64,000 nt of DNA from a virus (taxonomy: Duplodnaviria; Caudoviricetes). The stretch spans positions 12,318-76,317 of IMG/VR virus record IMGVR_UViG_2886098363_000001; one strand, 5' to 3'. Below, in pieces: positions 8,903-17,349 of this stretch. The notes under the pieces are model-generated. The model was not told the origin of the DNA, made no database searches, and was given only the letters and a program-made list of their open reading frames with translations. Position 1 is the first letter of the stretch. Each line of letters begins with the position of its first letter. A program made the translations under genes and the position numbers.

Positions 8903-9082
8903 TTAGTTGCGGGCTTTCTTGGCCTGCAGGTCGTGGATCTTCTTGGCTGCGGCCTCGGCGGTTTGCCGGTCGCAGGTGATGCCGCCGGGCAGGATGAATT
9001 TGCCGGGCTGCTTGGGATCGGGCATGACGACGCCCAACCCGATGACTACTGCACCGCAGTAGGGGTTTTCCGTGGCTTTCAT
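8903..9082 (-). CDS. Small lambdoid protein (DUF1317-like)
   Basis: MKATENPYCGAVVIG...FILPGGITCDRQTAEAAAKKI. Confidence 0.65.
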   Translation of the reverse strand: MKATENPYCGAVVIGLGVVMPDPKQPGKFILPGGITCDRQTAEAAAKKIHDLQAKKARN

Positions 9083-9140
9083 GGGGGTCCTCGACTTATC
9101 CACCGTTTCTGTGTGGCCTGCGGTGGATGGGTTGGGGGTA

Positions 9141-9719
9141 TCAGGCGGCAGCGCTGATGGGCTCTGCTCCGGCAAGCAGCAGGGTGAGCTTGCTGACATC
9201 GCGGATCCGGCATTCACCGCGCCAGTTTGGGGCGAAGATGAGGAGCATGGAGCCCTTGGGGTTGCCCTTCATCTCCTCGCCGGTGGCCTTGTTGATGAAG
9301 CTCACCCGGCCGTTGCGCCATTTGCCATTGGCATCGTGGTAACCAGTGATGTGGCGAACTTCGCTGGCGCGCTCACCGGGGTACCATTCCGTGCTGGTGT
9401 CCTGGGGTACCAGCATGACGGTACCAATGCCGCGCCCCTGCTGCTCGATGGCCTTCTCAACCCACGGCCCGATATCGGAGTAGGGCGGATTGAGCCAGGC
9501 CCATGGGGCCCGCGCCGACGGGCTGATAAAGTCGCCCCAGTCCACGCTCAGGGCGTCGATATCCGGTGTTAGGTACTTCTCGCAGAGCGCCGTTTCCGGC
9601 AGTGCGGCGGCATCAAGGGCGAAGTTGAATTCCAGATCCATCGCCCGGAACAGCCAGAGCGGTGTCTGGGTCATGTCGCGGGTGGCTTCTGGAGTGGTGG
9701 AGCCGCGGTAGTCAGCCAT
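9141..9719 (-). CDS. dam: Phage DNA N6-adenine methyltransferase (lambdoid Dam family)
   Basis: QTPLWLF...FALDAAA...WLNPPYS catalytic motif. Confidence 0.92.
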   Translation of the reverse strand: MADYRGSTTPEATRDMTQTPLWLFRAMDLEFNFALDAAALPETALCEKYLTPDIDALSVDWGDFISPSARAPWAWLNPPYSDIGPWVEKAIEQQGRGIGTVMLVPQDTSTEWYPGERASEVRHITGYHDANGKWRNGRVSFINKATGEEMKGNPKGSMLLIFAPNWRGECRIRDVSKLTLLLAGAEPISAAA

Positions 9720-10326
9720 TGGCGGCCTCCTTGCTGGCGTTGTACTGCTGAATCCCCCAGACGATAGCGTGCAGGATCCACAGGTAGTGGTGGCTGTATC
9801 GCTTCATCGTCAGCCCCTCCATCAACTCATATTGGCTTGGCAGGTCTGAATCGTGGATAGCCTGGCAGGCCTGAAACTCGTGGCTGTAGCTCTCTTCGCA
9901 GATTTCATTGACCGCGCTGATAATGCCTGAGCAGTCCTTGCCATCTTCTTCACAATCTTGTTGCAGCTCCGCTATCCACTCCTGCAGCCCAGACTTGAAG
10001 GATTCCTCGTCAAACTCCATGCAGATTTCATCGCAGCGGCCAGAAGCTCCCATCTGGAGTTTTTCGCCCCAGTACCGCGGATTGACGCCCTTCTCGAAGT
10101 TGCCACCGAAGAACTCGAACATGTCGGCGGTTCGGCTGAATGTCCATGTCCCCATGTCGCCGCAGACCGTGAGGTGGCCAGGCCATGTAACCAGGTCGAA
10201 GCGGTAGACAGAGCTGCCACGGTTAGAAAACTCAAGGTGACGGTAAAGGCCATCATCACGATGCACCTTCATGGTGTGTTCAGAGGTGTCGCGCAGAAAA
10301 TCATTTTTCGCTTGCTGGGTGCTCAT
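9712..10326 (-). CDS. Conserved phage hypothetical protein
   Basis: 204 aa containing FDLVTWPGHLTVCGDMGTWTF. Confidence 0.8.
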   Translation of the reverse strand: MSTQQAKNDFLRDTSEHTMKVHRDDGLYRHLEFSNRGSSVYRFDLVTWPGHLTVCGDMGTWTFSRTADMFEFFGGNFEKGVNPRYWGEKLQMGASGRCDEICMEFDEESFKSGLQEWIAELQQDCEEDGKDCSGIISAVNEICEESYSHEFQACQAIHDSDLPSQYELMEGLTMKRYSHHYLWILHAIVWGIQQYNASKEAANG

Positions 10327-11540
10327 GCCGCCTCCTTGTGCTGTTCAGCCTGCTGGTTGGCTGCAAACTGCTCCTCCCACAGCTTCACCTTGAGCTCGCA
10401 GGCGTAGACGATCTGGCCGACCAGCTTCTCGCCGATACCCTTCACCTTGTCCAGCTTGTTCCCCTGGTGGCTCATCACCTTGTAGAGGGTGTCGATCCCG
10501 GCCTCCTCCAGCGGCTTGATGGTGCGCGGCGGCAGGCCGCATTCATGGATGCTGACTGTCTTGGCCCATTCGGTGCGGGGTTGCAGGTGGGGGTGACTCT
10601 GCTCCAGTGCTTCCTGCATGAAGTCGAAGATGTCCTGAGTCATGTCGTCCGGGGCCCCGGCACCATAGGGCGTCGGGTAGATGGGGTTCATCCACTGGCT
10701 CAGCATGACCGAGCAGCCGGAGCCATCGGATTTCATGGCGTGCAGCTTCCAGTTGAGGTCGTTGATGAGGTAGGGGAGGTTGGATTTCAGGCCATGATCC
10801 ACCAGGTAGACGTTCCAGAGCATGCCATCCTCACCCTTGTAGGTGTTGGCGAGGTGTTTGTGCCAGACCAGCTTGGCGGCGCGGGCGCTTTCCAGCTCCA
10901 TGATGACGGTGTGGCGGCGCTCCAGTTCACGATCCTGATCGTTGATGACGCCCAGCAGCTCACTGATACGGCGCTCCAGCTTCAACACTTCAGCGCGGTA
11001 GGCTGCCTCGTTGCTCTTGTGCTTGGCGATGGCGGTGCGCTGCTCCTCAAGCAGCTCGTTCTTCTCCTTGATGCGGCGTTTCATGCCTGCCGGATCCATG
11101 GCGTTGAGGTCGGCCAGTTGGCGTTCGAGCTGGCGGGCGCTGTATTGCAGGGCGCTGTATTTGGTCTGGACGTCGTTCAGGGCGCGCTGGGCCTTATAGA
11201 GCTCGTCGGCCTTGGCTTCCAACCCGGTGGCGCCTTCTTGTCGTGCGGTAGTAATGCGCTGCTCGGCTTCGGCAATCTGCTGGCGCAGCTCGCTGACCAG
11301 GGCCGCCTGGGTGAGCAGCTCGCCATCCCGGCCTTCCAGCTCGCCGATCAGGGTGTTGAACTCGTCGATATGGGCGTTGGCGGCCTCGCTGATCATGGTC
11401 AGGTTGGCGGTGAGCAGGGTTTCGAAGCTGCCGATGGCGGCCTTGGCCGGGGCGTCCGGCATCAGCAGGATGTTGCGGATCTGGCTGGTGAGGGTGTTCA
11501 GGGCGAGACTGGTCGCCTCGCTGGGGTTCAGCGTGGTCAT
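10323..11540 (-). CDS. Coiled-coil protein with a C-terminal RNAP alpha-CTD-like (HhH) domain
   Basis: Long heptad region, then SIHECGLPPRTIKPLEEAGI...LDKVKGIGEKLVGQI. Confidence 0.7.
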   Translation of the reverse strand: MTTLNPSEATSLALNTLTSQIRNILLMPDAPAKAAIGSFETLLTANLTMISEAANAHIDEFNTLIGELEGRDGELLTQAALVSELRQQIAEAEQRITTARQEGATGLEAKADELYKAQRALNDVQTKYSALQYSARQLERQLADLNAMDPAGMKRRIKEKNELLEEQRTAIAKHKSNEAAYRAEVLKLERRISELLGVINDQDRELERRHTVIMELESARAAKLVWHKHLANTYKGEDGMLWNVYLVDHGLKSNLPYLINDLNWKLHAMKSDGSGCSVMLSQWMNPIYPTPYGAGAPDDMTQDIFDFMQEALEQSHPHLQPRTEWAKTVSIHECGLPPRTIKPLEEAGIDTLYKVMSHQGNKLDKVKGIGEKLVGQIVYACELKVKLWEEQFAANQQAEQHKEAA

Positions 11541-11589
11541 GGTTGGTCCTCTGGGATTGCAAAAGCCCCGTTGGCGGCGGGGCGGGTGA

Positions 11590-12678
11590 TCAGTAGTTGA
11601 TGGTCAGGTGGTCGATCTTGTTGCTGGCGATGTGCTTGATGAGGTTGATGGCTTTCCCCTCATCGATCCCCAAGCCCATCAGGTCCATCAGGATGGCGTT
11701 GTTGATGGTGCGGCGGTGCTCCATGTCGGCGGCGCGCGCAGCATCCTCTGCGGCTTTCTGGCGCTGCTCGTCAGCGATGCGCTGACGCTCTTCCTCAGCA
11801 GCGCGAGCGGCGGCCTCTTCCGCCTGGCGTGCAGCGTTTGCTTCGGCCTGCTGGCGGGCCAGCTCGGCGGCTTCGGAATCACGCCGGGCCTGCTCTGCAG
11901 CCTGCTGTGCCACCTGGGCTTGGCGTTGGGCCTCTTGCTCGCGGTGCTGGGCGGCTTCACGCTCCAGGCGCTGGCGATTCTCTTCCTGAAGGCGGGCTTG
12001 CTCCGCCGCCTGCTCGGCTATCAGGCGCTCGCGGTCGATGCGATCCTGTTCGGCCTGCTTCTGGCGCAGCTGCTCCAGCTCGGCCTGCTCGGCTTCGTAC
12101 TTCTGGCGGGCTGCCAGGGCCTCGCCGAGGCGCTTGGCGGCGAGCTCCTTGGCTACGGTCGCCTGGGGCAGCAGCTCTTGCCAGGTGTCGTCCAGGGGAT
12201 TCTGCTCGGCCTCCTGCAGCATGGCCTGCAGGTTGGCGGCGGCGATCTCGATGCTGGCAGAGGATCCCAGTTCATTGAGGCGGGCCAGTCGGGATTGCAG
12301 TGCTGCCACCCGGGCCTCCTCTGCCGCTTCGTACTGGGTGAGCGGGGCGCGCACCTCGTCTTTCAAGGTGTCCAGGGTGTCGCGCAGGGTTTTGCGGTTG
12401 GCGTCGATGCGCTTGGGGATCTCCTTGTACTGGTCGGTCAGCTCTTTGCCGAGCCCGTCCAGGTAGGTCTTGGTGCGGGCAACGGCATGGGCGACGCTGG
12501 CGATCTCCTTGCGGCCCTTGGCGGTGGTGATGTCGGGTACCAGGCTGGTTGCCTTCTGGCGAATGTCGGCCAGCAGTTCAGCCACGCCCTGGCCCTCGGT
12601 GAACAGGGCGACGGCGGTAGTGGGTTCGATGACAACCAGTTGGGCCTGGGTGTTGTCGGTCTTGGCTTGTTCGGTCAT
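11590..12678 (-). CDS. Conserved phage coiled-coil protein
   Basis: DITTAKGRKEIASVAHAVARTKTYLDGLGK motif and an Ala/Glu/Gln-rich tail. Confidence 0.8.
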   Translation of the reverse strand: MTEQAKTDNTQAQLVVIEPTTAVALFTEGQGVAELLADIRQKATSLVPDITTAKGRKEIASVAHAVARTKTYLDGLGKELTDQYKEIPKRIDANRKTLRDTLDTLKDEVRAPLTQYEAAEEARVAALQSRLARLNELGSSASIEIAAANLQAMLQEAEQNPLDDTWQELLPQATVAKELAAKRLGEALAARQKYEAEQAELEQLRQKQAEQDRIDRERLIAEQAAEQARLQEENRQRLEREAAQHREQEAQRQAQVAQQAAEQARRDSEAAELARQQAEANAARQAEEAAARAAEEERQRIADEQRQKAAEDAARAADMEHRRTINNAILMDLMGLGIDEGKAINLIKHIASNKIDHLTINY

Positions 12679-12726
12679 GACGGGTCCTTAGGATTGAAAA
12701 GGCCCGCAGTGAGCGGGCCTGATGAG

Positions 12727-14655
12727 TTATTGCTGGGCGCCGTTCCCGGCACTGAGTTGCTTCTTGCGCTCGCCGGCGATCTGCTTGATACCTGCGATGA
12801 TGTTCTGGTCGCCGGTTTCGTTGGCCCAGGTCCAGGCGGTGGTGTAGGCCTGCTGCCATTCGGTGGTATCACATGCCCCCTCGATGGCGGCGCAGTGGTC
12901 GGCGTAGGCGTTGGCGTGGTCCGCCTGGGCGGGTTCGGCCATCTGCTCATGCTCCAGGGTGACCGATTCGATGCTCTGGCCGCGGATGGCATCCAGGGTG
13001 CGGCTCTTTGCCGGTGCGCCATGCTGCGGTTGGCTACCTGGGATCTCGTTGATGATGATCTCCTTGCCCTCCATCTCCTCGGCGGTGGGCTCGCTACCGA
13101 TCTCCGGCCAGGCCTTGCGTAGCGCCTGCGCTTCTGTGCAATTTCCACACAGCATAGACAGCCCCTTGCGACGAACAACGATGACGCCGGATGGCACAGT
13201 GACGCACCATACTTGGCCACCTATGTTTGGTTGAATGGTTAGTGAGGCGCGGTTCTTCTCAACGCCCTTTACCACCGGAGAGCTGATGGTTTCCGAGAGT
13301 GTGAACCGGCTACATTGGCCAAGGTCGCTATTTTGAACAGCAGCAACGCTTATCGAGTAGCCAGCTTGCACGGCCAGCACCTCGAAGGCTTTAATGACAT
13401 TGGCGTTCGACTGGTGTAACCGCCGCACCGAACCATTATGTGATCCGTCGAACTCCAAAAGGGCATCAACGACAATCCGCGCTTGGCGCACCGAAAGACT
13501 TAGCGCCCACTCAGGGCTTACAGATTTGTCGTGGCACATGATGCCGTTGACCAGCGCTGCGTCATATGTGAATGACTGTTTGTTACTGGTCGTAGTTATG
13601 GGACGATCACCACCGCTGATCCGGCCTGCATCCCGTTTTATTGTCTTTCGCATGTGCAACTTGAGTGAATCAAGTGCGAGCACCTTGTATGGGCGCGATA
13701 CGGCGATGCGGTACTGGTGATAGCCGGTATGTGAACCATCCGCCAGCAAATACCCAACCAGAGCCAGCAGGGAATCTGAAAATGGTGCGTCTCCACGGTT
13801 TCCCAAAACTGTGCGAGGAATGCTCCATTTATCAGAATCCGTGGTGGCTTGCTCGTAAAGCAACCCCGCCTCGACCCTGCCCTGATTCGTGATCATGTCG
13901 TGATTTGGCGTCACGCAGAAATTTAGGCGAGTGCCATCGGCAACGACCATGGGGCCGTCATAACTCTGAACGAATGGTACAGCATCGGTGTATTCGAGTC
14001 CGGCATCGGTAACCTGCAAAATACGACCTGTAACTTGGGCGAATCGTTGGAACCCCTCGGAAGTAAGCACCTCAGTCTCCGAGTCAAAACATTTTGCCAG
14101 CTGGGCATACGGACGCTTACGCCACATGGCGTTGGGGCACTCGGTCTTTCCGCTCTGGGTTGCGTAGTTCTCCTTCCAGCGCTCCAGGGCGTGGAAGGCA
14201 ACCCGCTGGCCGTTGACCATCTTATAGACGGTGTACTTGCACCACTGCGGGTAGGTGACCTTGATCTTGGCGCTCTGGTTGTAGGGGTCTTGGAACTCTT
14301 CGGTGACATCCGGCCCGAACACGGGTTCATCGGCCCCCGCGTAGTTGCCGGAGCGATCGGCCTGGATCCGGTACATGCCGATCCCGGGCATCGGCACATC
14401 CCGCCAGACCTTCTCTTTGCTGCGGGCATCGGTTACCTGCATGGGGACGAGGTGGACCGGCTTGAGCAGAATATCCAGGCCGCGCGCCTTACAGTAGTCG
14501 ATGGCCATGACCACCGAATCGGGGTTGGCTCCCGGGTAAATGGTGTTGCACAGGGCGTTCCAGGTCGGCTCGTCGATGCCTCGCTGGACAAGAATGGGGA
14601 ACTGGGCGGCGAAGTTATCGGCCGCCTGCTGTTTGAGGCTGGTGATGTTGCTCAT
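12727..14655 (-). CDS. bet: Bet/RecT-family single-strand annealing protein interrupted by an intein
   Basis: YCKARGLDILLKPVHLVP...MPGIGMYR...MWRKRPYAQLAK[intein]CTEAQALRKAWP. Lies downstream of a RecE-like nuclease. Confidence 0.92.
   Translation of the reverse strand: MSNITSLKQQAADNFAAQFPILVQRGIDEPTWNALCNTIYPGANPDSVVMAIDYCKARGLDILLKPVHLVPMQVTDARSKEKVWRDVPMPGIGMYRIQADRSGNYAGADEPVFGPDVTEEFQDPYNQSAKIKVTYPQWCKYTVYKMVNGQRVAFHALERWKENYATQSGKTECPNAMWRKRPYAQLAKCFDSETEVLTSEGFQRFAQVTGRILQVTDAGLEYTDAVPFVQSYDGPMVVADGTRLNFCVTPNHDMITNQGRVEAGLLYEQATTDSDKWSIPRTVLGNRGDAPFSDSLLALVGYLLADGSHTGYHQYRIAVSRPYKVLALDSLKLHMRKTIKRDAGRISGGDRPITTTSNKQSFTYDAALVNGIMCHDKSVSPEWALSLSVRQARIVVDALLEFDGSHNGSVRRLHQSNANVIKAFEVLAVQAGYSISVAAVQNSDLGQCSRFTLSETISSPVVKGVEKNRASLTIQPNIGGQVWCVTVPSGVIVVRRKGLSMLCGNCTEAQALRKAWPEIGSEPTAEEMEGKEIIINEIPGSQPQHGAPAKSRTLDAIRGQSIESVTLEHEQMAEPAQADHANAYADHCAAIEGACDTTEWQQAYTTAWTWANETGDQNIIAGIKQIAGERKKQLSAGNGAQQ
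13141..14091 (-). mobile_element. Intein (317 aa) with LAGLIDADG homing endonuclease
   Basis: Starts CFDSETEVLT. Block B FCVTPNHDM. Motifs LVGYLLADGS and VDALLEFDGS. Ends VWCVTVPSGVIVVRRKGLSMLCGN followed by +1 Cys. Lower GC than the exteins. Confidence 0.93.
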
Positions 14656-15497
14656 GCTGCTTTCCTTGTCGCCCAGGCTGGGCGCTGGAGGGGTTTGAAG
14701 TCGTGCCAGTCGTTGTTGACCCGGCAGTCGTGGAAGCGATGGAGGTCGCGGCGGAACAGGTCCTTGCCCGCATCCTTCCAGTCATCCGTCAGGGGGCGCA
14801 CCCGCACCGGGTAGCGGCCACAGTTCACGCTGGTGCTGACAGCCAGAAAGACGAATTCCGGCTCCTCGCCCATCACCCGGTGGAAGCCTTCGGAGTACAT
14901 GGCATCCTGCACGTGGTAGCGGAAGTCCTCGACATGGCGCTCGAAGCGCCCCATATCGTCCACCGACTTCACGTCGATCATGATGGGGTGATTGCTCAGG
15001 TGGCGGTCGGGGCGGATCCGGCACAGCTCCTGGGTCTGGGGGTCAATCCAGTAGAAGGAGGCCTCGCTGTGCCCTTCCTGCTCCAGCAGCCAGCGGGCGT
15101 CCGGGTGGGCCATCACGCTGTCGCGCATCAGGTAGAGCTTGCGTCCCTCCTCGGCATCCATCACCGTCTTGCCCAGCTCTGCGCAGCTGGCTAGGAACTC
15201 AGCCTCTTCTGCCTTGCCGGCGTTGGTGCGGCGGTTGAACGGTGGGGCGATGATGAAGCGGTCTTTGAACTCGTCGGGCTCCAGCAGCAGGCAGTGGATG
15301 GCGCTGCCCATGTCGAAGGCCTTGAGCTTCTCCTCATCTACCGGGGCATTCTTGGCCCAGATATAGGTGGCTGGGCTTTCGGCGATCTGGTCGAGCTGGC
15401 TTTTGCTGACCCCGGGGCCAGCGTGGTACTCCTCGTTGGAGAGGCCGAACACCCGGCCAAGCAGGTGCGCGGTGGAGGTGTCGGCGATGGCATTCAT
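14652..15497 (-). CDS. recE: RecE/exonuclease VIII-like PD-(D/E)XK nuclease (DUF3799)
   Basis: SNEEYHAGPGVSKSQLD...GSAIHCLLLEP...CRIRPDR...IDVKS...YHVQDAMY. Confidence 0.9.
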   Translation of the reverse strand: MNAIADTSTAHLLGRVFGLSNEEYHAGPGVSKSQLDQIAESPATYIWAKNAPVDEEKLKAFDMGSAIHCLLLEPDEFKDRFIIAPPFNRRTNAGKAEEAEFLASCAELGKTVMDAEEGRKLYLMRDSVMAHPDARWLLEQEGHSEASFYWIDPQTQELCRIRPDRHLSNHPIMIDVKSVDDMGRFERHVEDFRYHVQDAMYSEGFHRVMGEEPEFVFLAVSTSVNCGRYPVRVRPLTDDWKDAGKDLFRRDLHRFHDCRVNNDWHDFKPLQRPAWATRKAA

Positions 15498-15859
15498 GCT
15501 GCGCTCCTGTGTTGGTACTGCTCCCATTGCTCCTCGCTCATGGCGTCGTGCAGGGCGGCGAGGTGACAACCCCATTCTTCCTTGGCCAGGGCGGCCAGGG
15601 CGGCGTCCATCAGCTGCTTGGTGAGCTGCATCAGCGGGGCAGGATCGCCCTCGGTCATCAGCAGGAACATCGCCTGGTTGAGCTGCAGGCCCTGGTCGTA
15701 GTTCACCTCGGCCAGCAGGGTGGACAGGTCGGTATCGAGTTCCCCGGCCAGTAGCAGGGGGCGGTTGGCCGCGGTCCACTCGGCGACCCACTCGGCCTTG
15801 GCGTTGGCCTCGGCCTCGCGGCTTTCGAGCAGGGCGAGCATTTCGTTATCTCGGGTCAT
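15494..15859 (-). CDS. Phage hypothetical protein
   Basis: 121 aa, coupled to recE. Confidence 0.7.
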   Translation of the reverse strand: MTRDNEMLALLESREAEANAKAEWVAEWTAANRPLLLAGELDTDLSTLLAEVNYDQGLQLNQAMFLLMTEGDPAPLMQLTKQLMDAALAALAKEEWGCHLAALHDAMSEEQWEQYQHRSAA

Positions 15860-15861
15860 GG

Positions 15862-16053
15862 CTAGAGCTCCTGGGCAAGTCGCTGAGCACGCCGTTCGTG
15901 ATACTCCTCGATGGCACGGCGGGTGGCGGCCTTGGTCTTGGCCATCCGCTTTTGCTCGGCGGATGGGGCGGCGTCTACGTCATATTTGCGGCGGGTGGGT
16001 GGCACCATCGCGCCGCGAAAGCCCATCAGCTGGGCTTCGGTCAGTGGTTTCAT
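15862..16053 (-). CDS. Small phage hypothetical protein
   Basis: 63 aa with the AGGACCCAGACCATG start context. Confidence 0.7.
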   Translation of the reverse strand: MKPLTEAQLMGFRGAMVPPTRRKYDVDAAPSAEQKRMAKTKAATRRAIEEYHERRAQRLAQEL

Positions 16054-16076
16054 GGTCTGGGTCCTGTGGTGGTTGA

Positions 16077-16553
16077 TTAGTCGCTGGTCACGCTGATGGT
16101 CAGCTGTTTGCCGCGCCCCATAAAGTCAGCCAGGGCGGCGACGCGATCCTGCTGTTGGGTGACGCGGTGGCGCTGGCTGGTATCCAGCACATCCAGATTG
16201 ACGTTGACGCTGACCTCGACCAACTTGCGGGTCTCGCGTTCCAGCGTCTTGGTGTACTGCTTGGCGGCAATGGCTATCTGTTCGGACGGGGAAGCCAGCT
16301 CGTAACCGTGCCCACGCTTGATGTCGAGATAGATCTTGCGCTCGGTCAGCAGCAGCTCCCGCAACTCGTTGACGCTACGCAGCACCCGCCACTCATACTC
16401 GTCGCGGGCAGCATCGTATTCGGGGATGCTGTGGTATTTTTCCGGGAAGGGGCGTTCCAACCCCAGCATGCGGCGCAAGTCTGCGTGACTGATGAAATCG
16501 CCGTAGTGGAGCCCGAGAGCATCCCAGGCTGTCAGTTGTTCTTCCTGAGTCAT
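16077..16553 (-). CDS. Hypothetical protein coupled to the RAMP/Cas7-like gene
   Basis: 158 aa. Its ATG overlaps the upstream TGA by 4 bp. Confidence 0.8.
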   Translation of the reverse strand: MTQEEQLTAWDALGLHYGDFISHADLRRMLGLERPFPEKYHSIPEYDAARDEYEWRVLRSVNELRELLLTERKIYLDIKRGHGYELASPSEQIAIAAKQYTKTLERETRKLVEVSVNVNLDVLDTSQRHRVTQQQDRVAALADFMGRGKQLTISVTSD

Positions 16554-17137
16554 CCGGCCACCTCCACGTTGAAGCGGCCGTAAGTGCCGCCGCAGGCTGG
16601 GCGCCAGTCGCCCACGCCCACATAGCGACCGGCGTTGCCGAGCACGGTCAGCAGTTCGCTGCGATCCAGCCTGGTGTCGTCAAATTCGATGTGAAAGACC
16701 AGTTGCCAGCCAGCAGGGAAGCGCGGGCGGTGGCGCATCACTCGTGCGGTCCCCACCTTGACGCTTTTGGCCAGCGAGAAGCCCGGCGTGTCTACCAGTT
16801 GCTGCGGGTCTTGCGGGCCGTCGTAGCGCAGTGTGATCTCATCTTCCAGCACCAGCAGGCTGCGCTTGAATTCGGTACCCAACTTGTTGAGCTTGGCCGC
16901 CTCGGTCAGGCAGGCTTTCAGGTTGCTGCCCGGCAGGTGGATGCCACTGGCCCTGCTGAAGTAGATCGCCCCCAGTAGTTCGGAGCGGGCGATATCCTCG
17001 TGGTCGGTGTCGGATTTCTTGCGCTTGGAGGTCAATGCCTTGTGCGCCTTGGTCATCGGATCCAGCGGGTCGCTAAAGCGGTCGCTGTGCATCAGTAACG
17101 GGGTGGTGCCCGTCAGTGTCAGTTTCAGTGTTGCCAT
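16550..17137 (-). CDS. RAMP/Cas7-like protein (putative Vipr-type RNA-guided effector)
   Basis: 195 aa. N-terminal LKLTLTGTTPLLMH strand, internal HLPGSNLKACL motif (compare RAMP IPGSSLKG), and Gly-rich C-terminal loop GRYVGVGDWRPACGGTYGRF. RBS GAGGA. Confidence 0.8.
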   Translation of the reverse strand: MATLKLTLTGTTPLLMHSDRFSDPLDPMTKAHKALTSKRKKSDTDHEDIARSELLGAIYFSRASGIHLPGSNLKACLTEAAKLNKLGTEFKRSLLVLEDEITLRYDGPQDPQQLVDTPGFSLAKSVKVGTARVMRHRPRFPAGWQLVFHIEFDDTRLDRSELLTVLGNAGRYVGVGDWRPACGGTYGRFNVEVAG

Positions 17138-17171
17138 TGTGTAGTCCTCGTTGATGTGCCCTTCCGGGCCC

Positions 17172-17226
17172 TTGCCTTGCCCAGCCAAGCCGGGCCCTGC
17201 CACGCCGCGCCCAGCCGGGCCGAGCC
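17172..17226 (-). ncRNA. GGC-NN pentamer array B (11 units), putative guide RNA
   Basis: Minus strand reads (GGC-NN)x11 with NN = TC,CC,TG,GC,GT,AG,CC,TT,TG,AA,AA. Preceded by TGC, followed by GGG. Confidence 0.8.
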
Positions 17227-17294
17227 GCAGGGCCAAACACACTCAGGGAATGCGCTTGGCGCTGGGCGGTTTTTAACGAGGACCGCCACCTCCC

Positions 17295-17349
17295 ACGCCT
17301 TGCCACGCCATGCCACGCCATGCCCGGCCCTGCCTTGCCTCGCCAGGCC
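17295..17349 (-). ncRNA. GGC-NN pentamer array A (11 units), putative guide RNA
   Basis: Minus strand reads (GGC-NN)x11 with NN = CT,GA,AA,AG,CG,AT,GT,AT,GT,AA,GT. Preceded by TGC, followed by GGG. Confidence 0.8.

Noticed and set aside
14652-15791. Longer ORF-track starts for recE (15791), BRO antirepressor (19191), initiator (21653), dnaB (22494), Q (26011), J-like gene (42991) and giant protein (49168)
   Set aside because: The extensions overlap other genes or regulatory DNA. Downstream starts have an RBS or coupling and match family N-termini.
17172-17349. Calling the pentamer arrays a CRISPR array or a simple microsatellite
   Set aside because: There are no 25-40 bp repeats with unique spacers. 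The NN positions vary freely while unit number and framing are fixed, which slippage repeats would not produce.
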